A stretch of 64,000 bases of DNA, taken from positions 62,001 to 126,000 of the forward strand of contig NW_003314275.1 in the NCBI RefSeq assembly GCF_000143415.4. Direction: 5' to 3'. Position numbers and translations under genes: made by a program. The DNA is from Selaginella moellendorffii. Lineage: Eukaryota; Plantae; Lycopodiophyta. Shown piece by piece: positions 1 to 10,712 of this stretch. Numbering within the stretch: position 1 is the first letter of the stretch; each line of letters begins with the position of its first letter. A model generated the notes under the pieces. The model was not told where the DNA came from. It did not search any database and worked only from the letters and a program-made list of their open reading frames with translations.

Positions 1-1276
1 TCTATTTCCACTCCTAGTGCAATCCATTTCTGCCAAATTTTTTGTACTTCCTCTCTCTCAAACTCCTTGTTCACCATCAGTTCATTCTATGTGTCCTTGA
101 CCTCATATGTGAAAAATTCATTCACTCCATGTCTCCATGCTGCTGGGTCCCAATCGAGGTCCTCTATGAGCTCCTTACGCCACCATCTAGCCAGCATGGT
201 GATTCTATCACCTCTGTCCATGTCGCTAACTATTTCAAGACTTGGATCCATCCTTTCACTTCGTCATCCATGACCTGTGGCATCATTTGTGTATCCCCTA
301 CTGAAAGGAGTGTATCCCCTTTCACCACTTGAAAAGGCCTACCAAAGTTTAGATTTGGATCCGTCACAAACCACACCTCTGTCTCCCCTTCATTCCAAGC
401 TAGAGTTGGTGTTGTGAATGCCTGAGTTCATCTTCCAAGTGCAAATTGTTCCCCATCCGGCATTTCCTCTCGTTGGATTGCCACAAAATCCCCAGCATGT
501 AGTCTTCTTGCCGGCCACTTGTCCACAGTTCTTGCCTTTGTCACTGCTCGCAGTAACCTCAGCAGGTCCAGCTAAACATTTCACCACTTCCCTGGCCCAA
601 AGACTTGGAAGCGCTGAGAATTTTTCTATTGGTCCAGGTCTATCACTCCAATTAGTTGTTTGACCATCTTAAATCCTCCCTGATGTATGCGCCTCCATAT
701 GGTGTAGTGGTTCTTATGGCCTAGTGTTCAGTCCCCTACTTTAAACAATTCATTGAAGAAGAGAGGTTGGTTCAACCAATCCTCCACTCTAGTCAGGATG
801 ACCTGTGTCAATGGGAATGACTTCTAGAGTTGAAGTAGACTCTGGATCAACTGTCCTCCCCCTATTACCTGTGTCTACCCTTCTGCAAACAACCACCGAG
901 GATCTTCATCCCAAACTCTTGCAAATCCATATCTTGATCTGATCGCCAGCATGCTCTACCTGAAAAGAAGTTTCCAAGCTTAGGCCCCTAGTTGGAGGCT
1001 CATTAGTATGACTTTGTACCTCAACACCTTGATCATATCGCTCGGGTTTATTATCCCCAATCTTCCTAGAACTCATAGCCTCACCATGGACTGCCATGCC
1101 ACTTTTGCCATCGTCCAGCCACTAACCAGTGCTCCTACGTATGCACCATCAACCTTATACGCTTGATTGTTATCTCTAGCACTAGCCATATTGAGAGGTG
1201 GTACCATGTGTATAACAGCATAATGCTTTTCGCAACAACCACTCTAGCCAGAAGTCCTAGTTTCCGTGGAGCCCAT

Positions 1277-1395
1277 TGTTAATATTCAGGGGAATATGCC
1301 GACAAGTTGAAGAGTCAACGGTCGCGACAGTTAGACTGAGATAGATTATAACAGCGTGTTATCAATTCAATCTCTAGTTGAGTCGATTCGTTTCA
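1277..1395 (+). repeat. 5' LTR (119 bp)
   Basis: Direct repeat identical to 3419-3537, with TG...CA ends and followed by the PBS. Confidence 0.95.
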
Positions 1396-1456
1396 TGGTA
1401 TCGGAGCTGGAGTTAGTGAGCCTCCAGCTGCAGGTGGCGGTCATCCGATCTCACCA

Positions 1457-3388
1457 GTGGGTGGGAGTCAGGCCGATCAGGGGGGGAGCTCTCAAGCGAG
1501 TGATCAGGCAGTGGGTCTTGATCAGCAGGCTTCAGATGGCAGAGAGGTTGCCGTTTCAGCTCCACCGTTACGTCGATCCACTCGAGTAACAAAGCTCACA
1601 GAGGCAGGGCACCAGTACCAGGAGCAGCGTGATCTTGCTGTTGCCAAGCGTGAGTCCAGAGCAGAGGCTAAGGCAGTGAGAGAAAGAGCAGCATCGGCTC
1701 CTCAAGCTCCCTCAGGCTCTGGTGAGTCATTTTACTTTGCTTCCAGCGAGGAGGCAGGTGCAAAACAGGAAGGGTCAACGTTCATGCTACTCTTCAGCCA
1801 AGGCAGAGATGCTTTGGTGCCTCAGACCTTGGAGGAAGCCTTATCTGGTCCAGACGCATCCAAGTGGGAAGCCGCTCGTCAGGTGGAATACGATGCGTTG
1901 ATGGCGAACCAGACGTGGGACTTAGTGAAGCTCCCACCAGGGCGGAAGGTAATCAAAACCAAGTTCCTCCTGCGAGTGAAGACTACTCCGGATGGCAGCA
2001 CTCGACACAAAGTCCGATTTGTAGCTCGCGGATTTTCTCAGGTCGAAGGTGTGGATTTTTACGAGACTTTTTCACCAGTGGTGAAGCTCACCTCTATCCA
2101 ACTGCTGCTCAATTTAGCTGCTCAGGAGGATATGGAGGTGGAGCACATGGACGTAACCACAGCATTCCTCAACGGTGACCTTGATGAGGAGGTCTATATC
2201 GAGCAGCCGACAGGCTTTGTCAAGCCAGGCCAGGAGCACCTTGTGTGTCGTCTTAAAAAGGCCCTTTACGGGTTGAAGCAGTCACCCCGAGCGTGGTTCT
2301 CAAAGATGAACTCGTTTCTGCTGTCACTTGGCTTCACCAGCATGTCAGCAGACACCAACATGTACCAGAAGCGAGTGGGAGGCAAGCTCATCATCCTAGC
2401 CCTTTATGTGGATGATTGTCTGCTGCTCAGCAAGAGCAAGCGGCTGATTCAGCAGCTGAAGCAGGACCTGAGCTCCAAATTCAAGATGGTGGACCTTGGA
2501 CCAGTCAAGTACTGCCTCGGCATTGAGATCTTCCGTGACAGGGGGAGGAGTGTGCTTCAGATGTCACAAAAGAAGTACATTGACGAGCTGCTCGAGAAGT
2601 TCAAGCTTCAGGACGTCAGTGCGGCGTCAACACCAATGGAGGTGGGATTGCATCTTAGTCGGGAGATGTCTCCGGCCACAGAAGGTGACAAGCGAGCGAT
2701 GGATCGGATTCCATACCGTCAGATGGTGGGCAGCCTGGTCTACCTGATGGTGTGTACTCGTCCGGACATTGCCTACTCAGTGGGAGTAGTGTCCCAGTTC
2801 TTGGCCAACCCCGGCTTCCAGCATTGGCAAGCTGTTAAGCGGATTTTCCGGTACCTGAAGAGCACCAGCGAGTTTGTGCTAACTTATGAGCGCCAGACAA
2901 AGCACTCGTGGCTGCTGCTTCAGGGATACTCAGATGCAGATTGGGCTGGCGAAGTGGATCAGCGGCGATCAACTTCAGGTTATTTGTTTACTCTGGGTAG
3001 TGCAGCGGTTACATGGAACAGCCAGCGACAGCCAGTCGTAGCATTGTCAAGCACTGAGGCAGAGTATATCGGCATCACTCAAGCAGCCAAGGAGTGCATT
3101 TGGCTGAGAACTTTGCTGGACGGGCTCAGCTATAAGCAGGAGGAAGCGACGGAGCTCTTCTGCGATAATCAAGGAGCCATAGCATTGGCGAAAAATCCGA
3201 AGTTCCATCGCAGGACCAAGCACATTCAGGTTCAGTTCCATTTTATACGTGAACAGGTTGCTCTGCAGACTGTGGAGCTGGTCTACTGCACTACCAAGGA
3301 GATGGTGGCGGATATCTTCACCAAAGCTCTTGCTCCAGCTCTGTTCCAGCAGCATGCACAGGCACTTGGAGTGCAGCCAAAGAACTGA
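1457..3388 (+). CDS. Copia reverse transcriptase-RNase H ORF (uninterrupted)
   Basis: Motifs: KVRFVARGFSQVEGVDF, HMDVTTAFLNG, LYGLKQSPRAW, LYVDD, GYSDADWAG, SSTEAEY, FCDNQGAI, RTKHI, ADIFTKAL. The listed start is GTG; the first in-frame ATG is near 1783. Confidence 0.92.
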   Translation: MGGSQADQGGSSQASDQAVGLDQQASDGREVAVSAPPLRRSTRVTKLTEAGHQYQEQRDLAVAKRESRAEAKAVRERAASAPQAPSGSGESFYFASSEEAGAKQEGSTFMLLFSQGRDALVPQTLEEALSGPDASKWEAARQVEYDALMANQTWDLVKLPPGRKVIKTKFLLRVKTTPDGSTRHKVRFVARGFSQVEGVDFYETFSPVVKLTSIQLLLNLAAQEDMEVEHMDVTTAFLNGDLDEEVYIEQPTGFVKPGQEHLVCRLKKALYGLKQSPRAWFSKMNSFLLSLGFTSMSADTNMYQKRVGGKLIILALYVDDCLLLSKSKRLIQQLKQDLSSKFKMVDLGPVKYCLGIEIFRDRGRSVLQMSQKKYIDELLEKFKLQDVSAASTPMEVGLHLSREMSPATEGDKRAMDRIPYRQMVGSLVYLMVCTRPDIAYSVGVVSQFLANPGFQHWQAVKRIFRYLKSTSEFVLTYERQTKHSWLLLQGYSDADWAGEVDQRRSTSGYLFTLGSAAVTWNSQRQPVVALSSTEAEYIGITQAAKECIWLRTLLDGLSYKQEEATELFCDNQGAIALAKNPKFHRRTKHIQVQFHFIREQVALQTVELVYCTTKEMVADIFTKALAPALFQQHAQALGVQPKN

Positions 3389-3418
3389 CGCAACGTCGAT
3401 GTTCAGCTTGAGTGGGAG

Positions 3419-3537
3419 TGTTAATATTCAGGGGAATATGCCGACAAGTTGAAGAGTCAACGGTCGCGACAGTTAGACTGAGATAGATTATAACAGCGTG
3501 TTATCAATTCAATCTCTAGTTGAGTCGATTCGTTTCA
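3419..3537 (+). repeat. 3' LTR (119 bp)
   Basis: Identical to the 5' LTR and followed by the TSD CCCAT. Confidence 0.95.
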
Positions 3538-4319
3538 CCCATTTCTGGATTGCCGTCCTAATCCTCTGCAACAACATTGAGTCTTGTGTAGATGCCCTAA
3601 ACTTGCATCCTACCTGAATTCCCAGGTACTATGTATCTCCACCTGGTGGCAACCACTGGAACCCAATGTCACATTCCCACTCCTCTATACCAAGGCAACC
3701 CCAATTGATCCCTACTGATTTGTTCCAATTGATGGCCACCCCTACTGCTATGTTGAAAGTGTCTAGCCTAGCTCTTGTAACATCCAAGTTTCCCTTGGTT
3801 CCTAGCAAAAAAAAGTGCCATGTCATCAGCAAAAACACATCCAGCAAGTCTTTCAAAAAACAAATTTTTGATTTGGGCCCCTAACTTTCCCCTCCCTTTC
3901 TTTTCCCCCTGCCACGTGGCAGGTGGGCAGGGAAAACAAGATGCACAGCCCTCAAAGCCAGCGAAGCGATCTATACATTCAAAGAGATTACCTGTGAGCA
4001 AGAAGACATGAACAGAGTCAGCCACTCTTGGCACCACCGAAAGATCTCGGGTTCCATCCAAGTCGCCCTTTCCCTCCTTGAGAAAGAAACATCTTGCTGC
4101 ATCTAGGAAAAAGCACACCAGCAGGACGGTGGTCATGGAAGTTGAAATCCCGGATCAAGCGCTTCTTGGAAGATTTTCTGGCATATCGAGCATATGCCAT
4201 TAAAAACTTTGCCTTTTGAGCATCAGTCTGGCCAGGAGAATCAAGCAAGCATCGCCTCCATCACCATTTTTTAGTCGACTATAATTAGTTTTCTTGAATA
4301 ACCATCCTATGCTAGCCTG

Positions 4320-5773
4320 TTAGCGGAACTCGTCATGGTCTTGATACTCTTCATGGGAATCCTGTGGCGTGAAGGCTGTGCTGTAGAAGACGTAAGGATG
4401 TTCTAGCATCTCATGCAAAGTCAGCACCCCGTCCTTGTTCTCGTCTGCCTGGACACAGCATGCAATAGCATTACGTTTCTGCGCCAATTCCCAGCACAAC
4501 AAGCCCACACACCTGCTGTACCAAGTACTCAGCTTGCTGCCGGGCGTAAAAGCTTTCTCCTGGATGAAGCTTCCCCATTATTGGCTCCAGCTCGTCTTCC
4601 GTGAGGAACCTGCATCAGGGCGATCAAAAAACAAGATGATGTAGCTACAGTAGCTGCTTGTTACCCGTCCATGTTCCTGTCCAGCTCCTTAAACTTGTCG
4701 CGTCTGTCAGTAACATCGTGTCCCTGGTGTAGATGGCTGAGGTCCTCCCCGTAATACCTGAGGACGTCGTACACATGATCAAACTCATCCAGGCTCAGCT
4801 TCCCATCCTTGTCGTGGTCACTCTCCCTGACACCAGAAAGACGCACGCAACAAAGTAAGAAGAAGCAGGCCCGCAGGGGAATGGAGGCGCACCCACCGTA
4901 TCTGCTCGCGGCGCAACCAGTGGTGCAGCTTGGGATTACGGCTGTCTTCTGGGTGCAAGAAGCTGCCAAGATGGTTTTGTTATAACATGACACACAAAGA
5001 GGCTGTTAAAGATGCACGAGAAGCATACTCGTTAAACTCCGTGTGGTTGAGGAAGCCGTCGCCGTTGGCGTCAGCCATGTCGAAGTGTTCCTTCCACCAG
5101 CCTGGCTCGCCATGATCGGTGCTAGCGTTCACTGGCGTGGACGGGAGGTTCCTTAGAGCTAGTAAAATTAGCACAGAGGGGGCTTACCGAGGGCCTCGGC
5201 GGACAGGTGAGGGAGATAGTCGAGCAGAGATACGAGGCCGTCCTTGTTCCTGTCGCGCAGCTCAAACTCCCTGTCGGTGCGCTGCTTGCTCAGCTTGCGA
5301 GCCTGCTGGACGTGCCAGTCCTGCAGCTCGCCCAGGCTCACCACGTTGTCCCTGGGATCCGTGTCCAAGAGAGGGAACAGGAGCTCCAGCCGGTGTGAGA
5401 TGTTAAACTGGTGCTCATCGTTGAGGTAGTCGTCTTCGTCACCCTCATGGCCATCCCAGTGGCTGGGCTGCTCTTCGTGACCCTGCGCATGATGCTGACC
5501 ATCGTGTGTCGCCCCCGTCTCATTCCACGACTTGTACAGCTCCTGGAAGTGGTCCCGTTCCCAATCCCTGTTCTCCCTCAGCCACTCGAGCCGCGCAACC
5601 ACCGGATCGAACGCCACGCTCTCGTGGTGACTGACATTGGCCTTGGAGGCCAGTGTGCTGCGAACGATGAGCCGGCGACCTAGGCCGTGCCTGCGGGGAT
5701 CTTTCTTGGAGAAGATGAACAAGGACAGGAAACCCAGCACCAACAAGGTGTAGACGATGCTCGCACGCACCAT
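4320..5773 (-). CDS. Calumenin/reticulocalbin-like (CREC) multi-EF-hand ER calcium-binding protein, multi-exon
   Basis: N-terminal hydrophobic signal/anchor; EF-hands DTDPRDNVVSLGEL, DRNKDGLVSLLDY, DANGDGFLNHTEF, DHDKDGKLSLDEF, DENKDGVLTLHEM; C-terminal HDEFR ER-retention-like motif. Confidence 0.9.
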
Positions 5774-5866
5774 CTTCGGAGACCTACCTCGACCTCGAGA
5801 GTTCCGATGTGTTTCATTAGGGCAAGCCCAGCGATCTAGGCCTAGGAAATGGTCAACAGCGTCTCT

Positions 5867-6503
5867 CTATCGCCAAACGCGTCGCCTCTTTGCACGGGAA
5901 TGGAGGCCAGCTTCCCTGGACGTGACGTGAGCTTCGAACCGGATCTGATCAGGGAATTCTCTCAGCTGTACACTCTCTTTTTCACTTTACCTGGTCACGG
6001 TCCCTGACACCCACATCCCTCAAGACGGTCGAATCGCCCACCAGTTTGACATTCCCATGGCAAAGGCAGAAGCTCCCCCACACATGCCTCCTGGAAGGTC
6101 AGCCAGCCATCGCTCCAATCCCGATCACAAAAGAAGAGAAAACTGAGTACCATGAGAAATGCCGGTGCCCCAGCTCTTGTTCCTCCAGCTCGTTGATTCT
6201 CTTGGTGATTGCAGCCTTCAAACTTCGCACAGTCGCTGTGGGTGGGACAAGCACATCTGACCACCACAAATCGTCATATTGGCTTGTAGCAATTGACGTA
6301 CCAAAGGAGGAGGCGTCCATTCTAACCACTGACAGGCGCATTGCATTCCCCAGCTCCGCGCTGACGAGCGCGTCCACGGTCGCAAGGTCCGGGCTGTCTG
6401 GCACATCCGGCAGCAGGAGAGGGTCCTGGGCAAGCGTGCTCAAAAGCGCCGCGTAGTGGGATGTGCTCCTCCTGTAGTAGTAGCCCTCCTGCTGCTCCTC
6501 CAT
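5867..6503 (-). CDS. U11/U12 snRNP 25 kDa (SNRNP25)-like ubiquitin-fold protein, multi-exon
   Basis: DPLLLPDVP...LSVVRMDASSF/DVLVPPTATVRSLKAAI...GHRHFSW/HVWGSFCL; last exon IRFEAHV...RVWR* ends at 5867. Confidence 0.8.
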
Positions 6504-6553
6504 CTTTTAAAAACAAGTAGCCCTAGGTAAACTGGAGAAGATAAGTATCGAGT

Positions 6554-7817
6554 ATGGAGATGCAAGGATCGATGCCGGTCATACAATATGCCAAGTTTGG
6601 AGGAGATCTGGAGGTATCAAGACCTGTAATCCTTTCAAAATCATCACTTCTTCCCTTGGGAATTTGTCTAGAGCGGACATGCACCAGTTCCCTCGCCGGG
6701 ACCTGGAGAGTTACTTGTAAAGGTCCAAGCTGCAAGCCTCAACCCAGTGGACTGGAAAATCCAGCAAGGAAAGTATAAGACCCTCAACATTCCAGCCCAA
6801 TTCCCCTATATACCATGTAAGCGCAGTTGCCCAGAGTGCTCGATGATACACTCACACATCAATTCCCAGGTTCGGATATCAGCGGCGAGGTTGTAAGCCT
6901 TGGTCCTGGTGTAACTGGTTTCAGTGTTGGAGATAAGGTTGTCAGCTGTCTAGACCACAAGGTAAATCTTTCTTGTTAACCTGGTGTGCTTAAAAGCAAT
7001 CGGTCCAAATGAAATGCGTAATTGCACAACCAGAGAGGAGGTGGCCTTGCCAAATATGCTTCTGCAGAGGTGCGGTTTACCACAAGAATTCCATCTCAAA
7101 TCTCGCCGATTGAGGCAGCTGGCCTTCCAATCGCTGGTCTTACAGCCTTGTACAGCTTGCAAGAGGCCGCGGGCATAGCAATACCAAGCAAAGACTTTCA
7201 GGGCACCATTCTTGTCACTGCAGCTTCAGGGGGAGTGGGAACATATGCGGTGCAGGTGCGTACTTCAATTCAGATAACCGTATGGTTTACTGGGATTGAG
7301 TTCTGTACAAATTGAGCAGCTCGCAAAGCTCACTGGTGCTCATGTGGTGGCTACATGCGGGAGCCGCAACATTGACCTCATCAAAAGCTTAGGTGCTGAT
7401 GAGGTTCTCGACTACAAAACACCTCAAGGGGCCAAACTCCAGACCTCCTCTTGCTCCAAGTTTGATGTCATTATCCACTGCGCTTACCATCGACCGCCCT
7501 GGTCCACCTTTGAGCATGTTCTTACTCGCAAGGGGATTGTCGTGGACATCACCCCGGCTAGCGAATCTACCACAAGCAGCCTCAAACGCAAATTTGACAA
7601 GGCAGTGAAGTTGATCACCAGGCAAGAGGCAATCGGTTCCTTGGTCCCTTTCTATTTGACCCCTCACACATCGGGTATAGAAGCTCTCGTGGACATGATG
7701 CAAAAGGGCAAGTTAAAAACAATCATTGACTCGGTCCATCCGATTTCCAACGTTACAGCTGCCTGGTTCAAGTGCACGGAAGGCCATGCCACTGGAAAGA
7801 TTGTTGTCACTCTGTAA
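6554..7817 (+). CDS. ceQORH: Chloroplast-envelope quinone oxidoreductase homolog-like (MDR/QOR family; alkenone/gamma-ketol reductase), multi-exon
   Basis: SLNPVDWKIQ, DISGEVV, GLPIAGLTAL, ILVTAASGGVGTYAVQLAKL, ATCGSRNIDLIKSLGADEVLDYKTP, GHATGKIVV. Confidence 0.88.
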
Positions 7818-8012
7818 TAAATATTACAGCCCTCTTGTGACCAAGTGTGTAGAAGAGTAGCTGTCAAAAAATCTACACTTAATATACTTAGTACAATATC
7901 AAAGACGTTGCCGTCTTCGGATAACAAACAGTTTCAAATGAATGGGAAGTACTGACCAAGTTTGAGTTGAACATCTGTTGCCAATTCGTCAAACAGGCCT
8001 TGGAATCTTGCT

Positions 8013-8019
8013 TATATAA
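8013..8019 (+). promoter_or_regulatory. Putative TATA box of the P450 gene
   Basis: TATATAA about 70 nt upstream of ATG 8089. Confidence 0.5.
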
Positions 8020-8088
8020 TACCTACAATCGTGCTCTGATCAAAACAGAGAGCTCTAGATCCATCCACCAGAAGAGAGCCATTTAATC

Positions 8089-9611
8089 ATGGTCATGGAG
8101 CAAGTCTGCACCAAGCCACAGCTGCCGCCCCAGCTGCCTCCTTCTCCAACTGGGCTCCCATTCATTGGGCATCTACATCTCTTGGGTAAGCTACCGCATC
8201 AATCCCTCCTCAAGCTCGCCCAGCAATATGGAGATGTCATGTTCCTCAAGCTTGGTAAAGTGAACACCCTGGTCGTTTCCTCATCCGATAGTGCCAAGGA
8301 AGTTCTCAACACCCAGGACCATATTTTTGGTTCGCGCCCCAAGACGACCTTCAGCGAGACAATCGGCTACGGTGGAGCTGGCCTGGCATTTGCAAACGGA
8401 GAAAACTGGAAGAGCACACGGAAGGTGTGCATGTACGAGGTTCTCACCACCAAGCGTGTGGAATCGTTCCACCCTATCCGCAAGTTCGAGGTGTCGCTCT
8501 TCATGAACGAGCTGCTCAAGGCATCGCGAGAGGGGTCTGTGGTGGATCTGAGCAGCAAGCTGTCGGATCTCACCTTCAATGTCATCTCAACAATGGTGTT
8601 GGGTAAGAGCTACTCGGCTAGCGCTCTCAGTGAGGCCGAGAAGAAAGAGACCATGTTTTTCAAGGAGACCCTCGACGAGGCTGCCATTATGGCTGGCTTC
8701 CATGCAGGCGACTACCTACCAATCCCCGACTGGATGGATACGCAAGTCAACAAGATCAAGCAGTTGCAGCGGGATCTGGACCAGTTCATCCAGAAGGAGG
8801 TTGAATCGCACCGTCAGCGGCGGGATCCTGGCCAAGCCCCACGGGACTTTGTGGATGTTCTCTTGTCTAACAGCCATATCAGTGACACCTCTATCAAAGC
8901 ACTGGTTGTGGTAAGTGCCGCTGACTTGAGTTGACTGGCGTTGACATGAATATGTGTTTATGTGTACAGGACATGGTGGGTGGAGGGACCGAGAGCTCCG
9001 CTGTGTCAGTTGTTTGGGCATTGGCCGAGCTGATCAAGAACCCACGGCTCATGGAAAGAGCCCAGAGGGAGCTCAAGGAGGTGGTAGGAGAGGATCGAAG
9101 CCTGGAAGAATCGGACATTCCCAACCTGCCTTTCCTGCAGGCAATTGTCAAGGAAACAATGCGCCTGCATCCCCCAGGGCCGCTGCTCATTCCGCACGAG
9201 TCAACCGAAGAGTGCGAAATAGGAGGCTACACCGTCCCAGCACGCACACGGACAGTGGTCAACATCTACGCCATCGCCAGGGACGAAGACAACTGGGAGG
9301 ATCCTCTCAATTTTGATCCAGATCGCTTCATGGGCAGCAACATCGATCTCAAAGGAAGACACTTTGAGTACCTTCCGTTTGGCTCGGGCCGGAGAATATG
9401 CCCCGGGCTCATGCTTGCAATGGCCACGGTCCAGTTCATTCTGGGCAGCGTGTTGCATGGGTTCAACTGGCGCCTTCCCGGCGGCCAGACAATCGACGAC
9501 CTCGACATGTCCGAGTCATTTGGGCTCACCGTGCCCAAGGCAGTGCCTCTCAAGTTGGTTCCTTCGCCACGCTTGGAGCCACAGATCTATGTCAAGTCGC
9601 TGTCCCCCTAA
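8089..9611 (+). CDS. Cytochrome P450, CYP71 clan (A-type); exons 8089-8910 and 8970-9611
   Basis: PPSPTGLPFIGHLHLL hinge, GGTESS I-helix, KETMRLHPPGP (ExxR), FDPDRF, haem motif PFGSGRRICPG; a single GT-AG intron at 8911-8969. Confidence 0.95.
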
Positions 9612-9671
9612 GACAACGGTTTATATCAATCGACAAAATAAAGAGTTACTTGGTCAAAACGAGATAAAGGC

Positions 9672-10696
9672 ATGTCTTTCGTAGCGAGCCATAGCAGATT
9701 CGTGCTGGCTATGGCGCACGTTCCAGATACTCAAGGCCAGGAGATTTCAGGATCAAGGCGGCAGTTAACACCCCACGACATGTGGGTGTGGAACGATGTG
9801 AATCACTGGAAGCATTGGCATGGCATTTGGGTCATGTGGCAGCCACTCTTGTCCCCTGCGGTGAACAAGGCCAATCGGTGCATAAGGTCGCTGCGTGCTG
9901 ACAACGAGGAGCGGACGCGGCTCTACCACCGGAATCAGTGGTTCCCCGTGGAGGATGATGCCAAGACGCCGGGATACACATGGGCGTATGGGCCATGGAT
10001 CATGGAGGAGGCCACTCACAGCCTACCCAATGGTATCTGGCACGGCGACAAGGAGGACTTCCGGATCTTACAGTTTGAGAACGGTGACCTGGGCTGGCTG
10101 CAACTAGAGCTCAAGCCAGACGATCCCAACTGTGTGGTCTTTGGTGAGGTTCACTTCATGCTCCCAGGTGAGGTCTTTCCTATACGTTGTCAAGTCATTG
10201 ATATGTACGTGTAGATAAGAATGGTAGAGCGCCCGTCATACTGGGATATGACAAAGACAAGCAGCTGGGAGCGGCCCTCATGCTGGAAGAAACATTAGAG
10301 TCGGATGACAAGCCTCCTCCCGCATGGCACGGCACGGTCTGGGAGCAACCGCGGGCCATGGCGCAACTGGAGCAGAGCCGTGATCCACCGCAAGGGAAGT
10401 TCATCGGCAAAGAGACGATACTAACCACGAGCTTGGTGCAGACCCAAAGGCAGGCCGAGTGGAATGGTTTCACTGGAGGAGTGGGCAACCAAGGCCTAGA
10501 CAACGAGTACGCTCTTGTTCACATGCCTTACAATTTCACAGCATTCGCTCCGGCCAAGCCAGCCATTGGTAAGGAGCATGCTTTTGGGGTGAGCTGGGTT
10601 ATGAGTGGTGACGAGGTGAGGATGATCTCCTGGAAGTATGGGGCTGATGGCAAGCTCCAGCATGTCAAGTCGGGCACTTACTATAAAGTGCAGTAA
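9672..10696 (+). CDS. DUF3598/BFA1-like two-beta-barrel protein (divergent); intron 10168-10214; ATG at 9672 or 9711
   Basis: A GT-AG splice joins two ORFs in frame. An N-terminal W-x-G-x-W strand and C-terminal APAKPAIGKEHAFGVSWVMSGDEVRMISWKYGADGKLQHV resemble the DUF3598 C-terminal barrel as I recall it. Confidence 0.6.
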
Positions 10697-10712
10697 GAGT
10701 GCAACACTAAGT

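Larger units (their letters stand above)
1277..3537 (+). mobile_element. Short (2261 bp), internally deleted Ty1/Copia LTR element retaining only RT-RNaseH
   Basis: Identical 119-bp LTRs (1277-1395, 3419-3537; TG...CA), 5-bp TSD CCCAT (1272-1276, 3538-3542), PBS TGGTATCGGAGC (1396-1407) and PPT-like GAGTGGGAG just before the 3' LTR. No gag, protease or integrase motifs. Confidence 0.95.
1..3860 (-). mobile_element. Degenerate non-LTR (LINE/L1-like) retrotransposon, 5'-truncated near 3860 and interrupted by the Copia insertion at 1277-3537
   Basis: The minus strand at 3543-3860 reads ...CVFADDMALF...AVGVAINWNKSVG...YLGIQVG, matching the LINE RT FADD / GxxINxxKS / YLG motifs. It continues left of the insertion with ...WQSMVRL*VLGRLGII (thumb W...GGLG-like). 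Multiple stops and frameshifts; left boundary uncertain. Confidence 0.7.
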
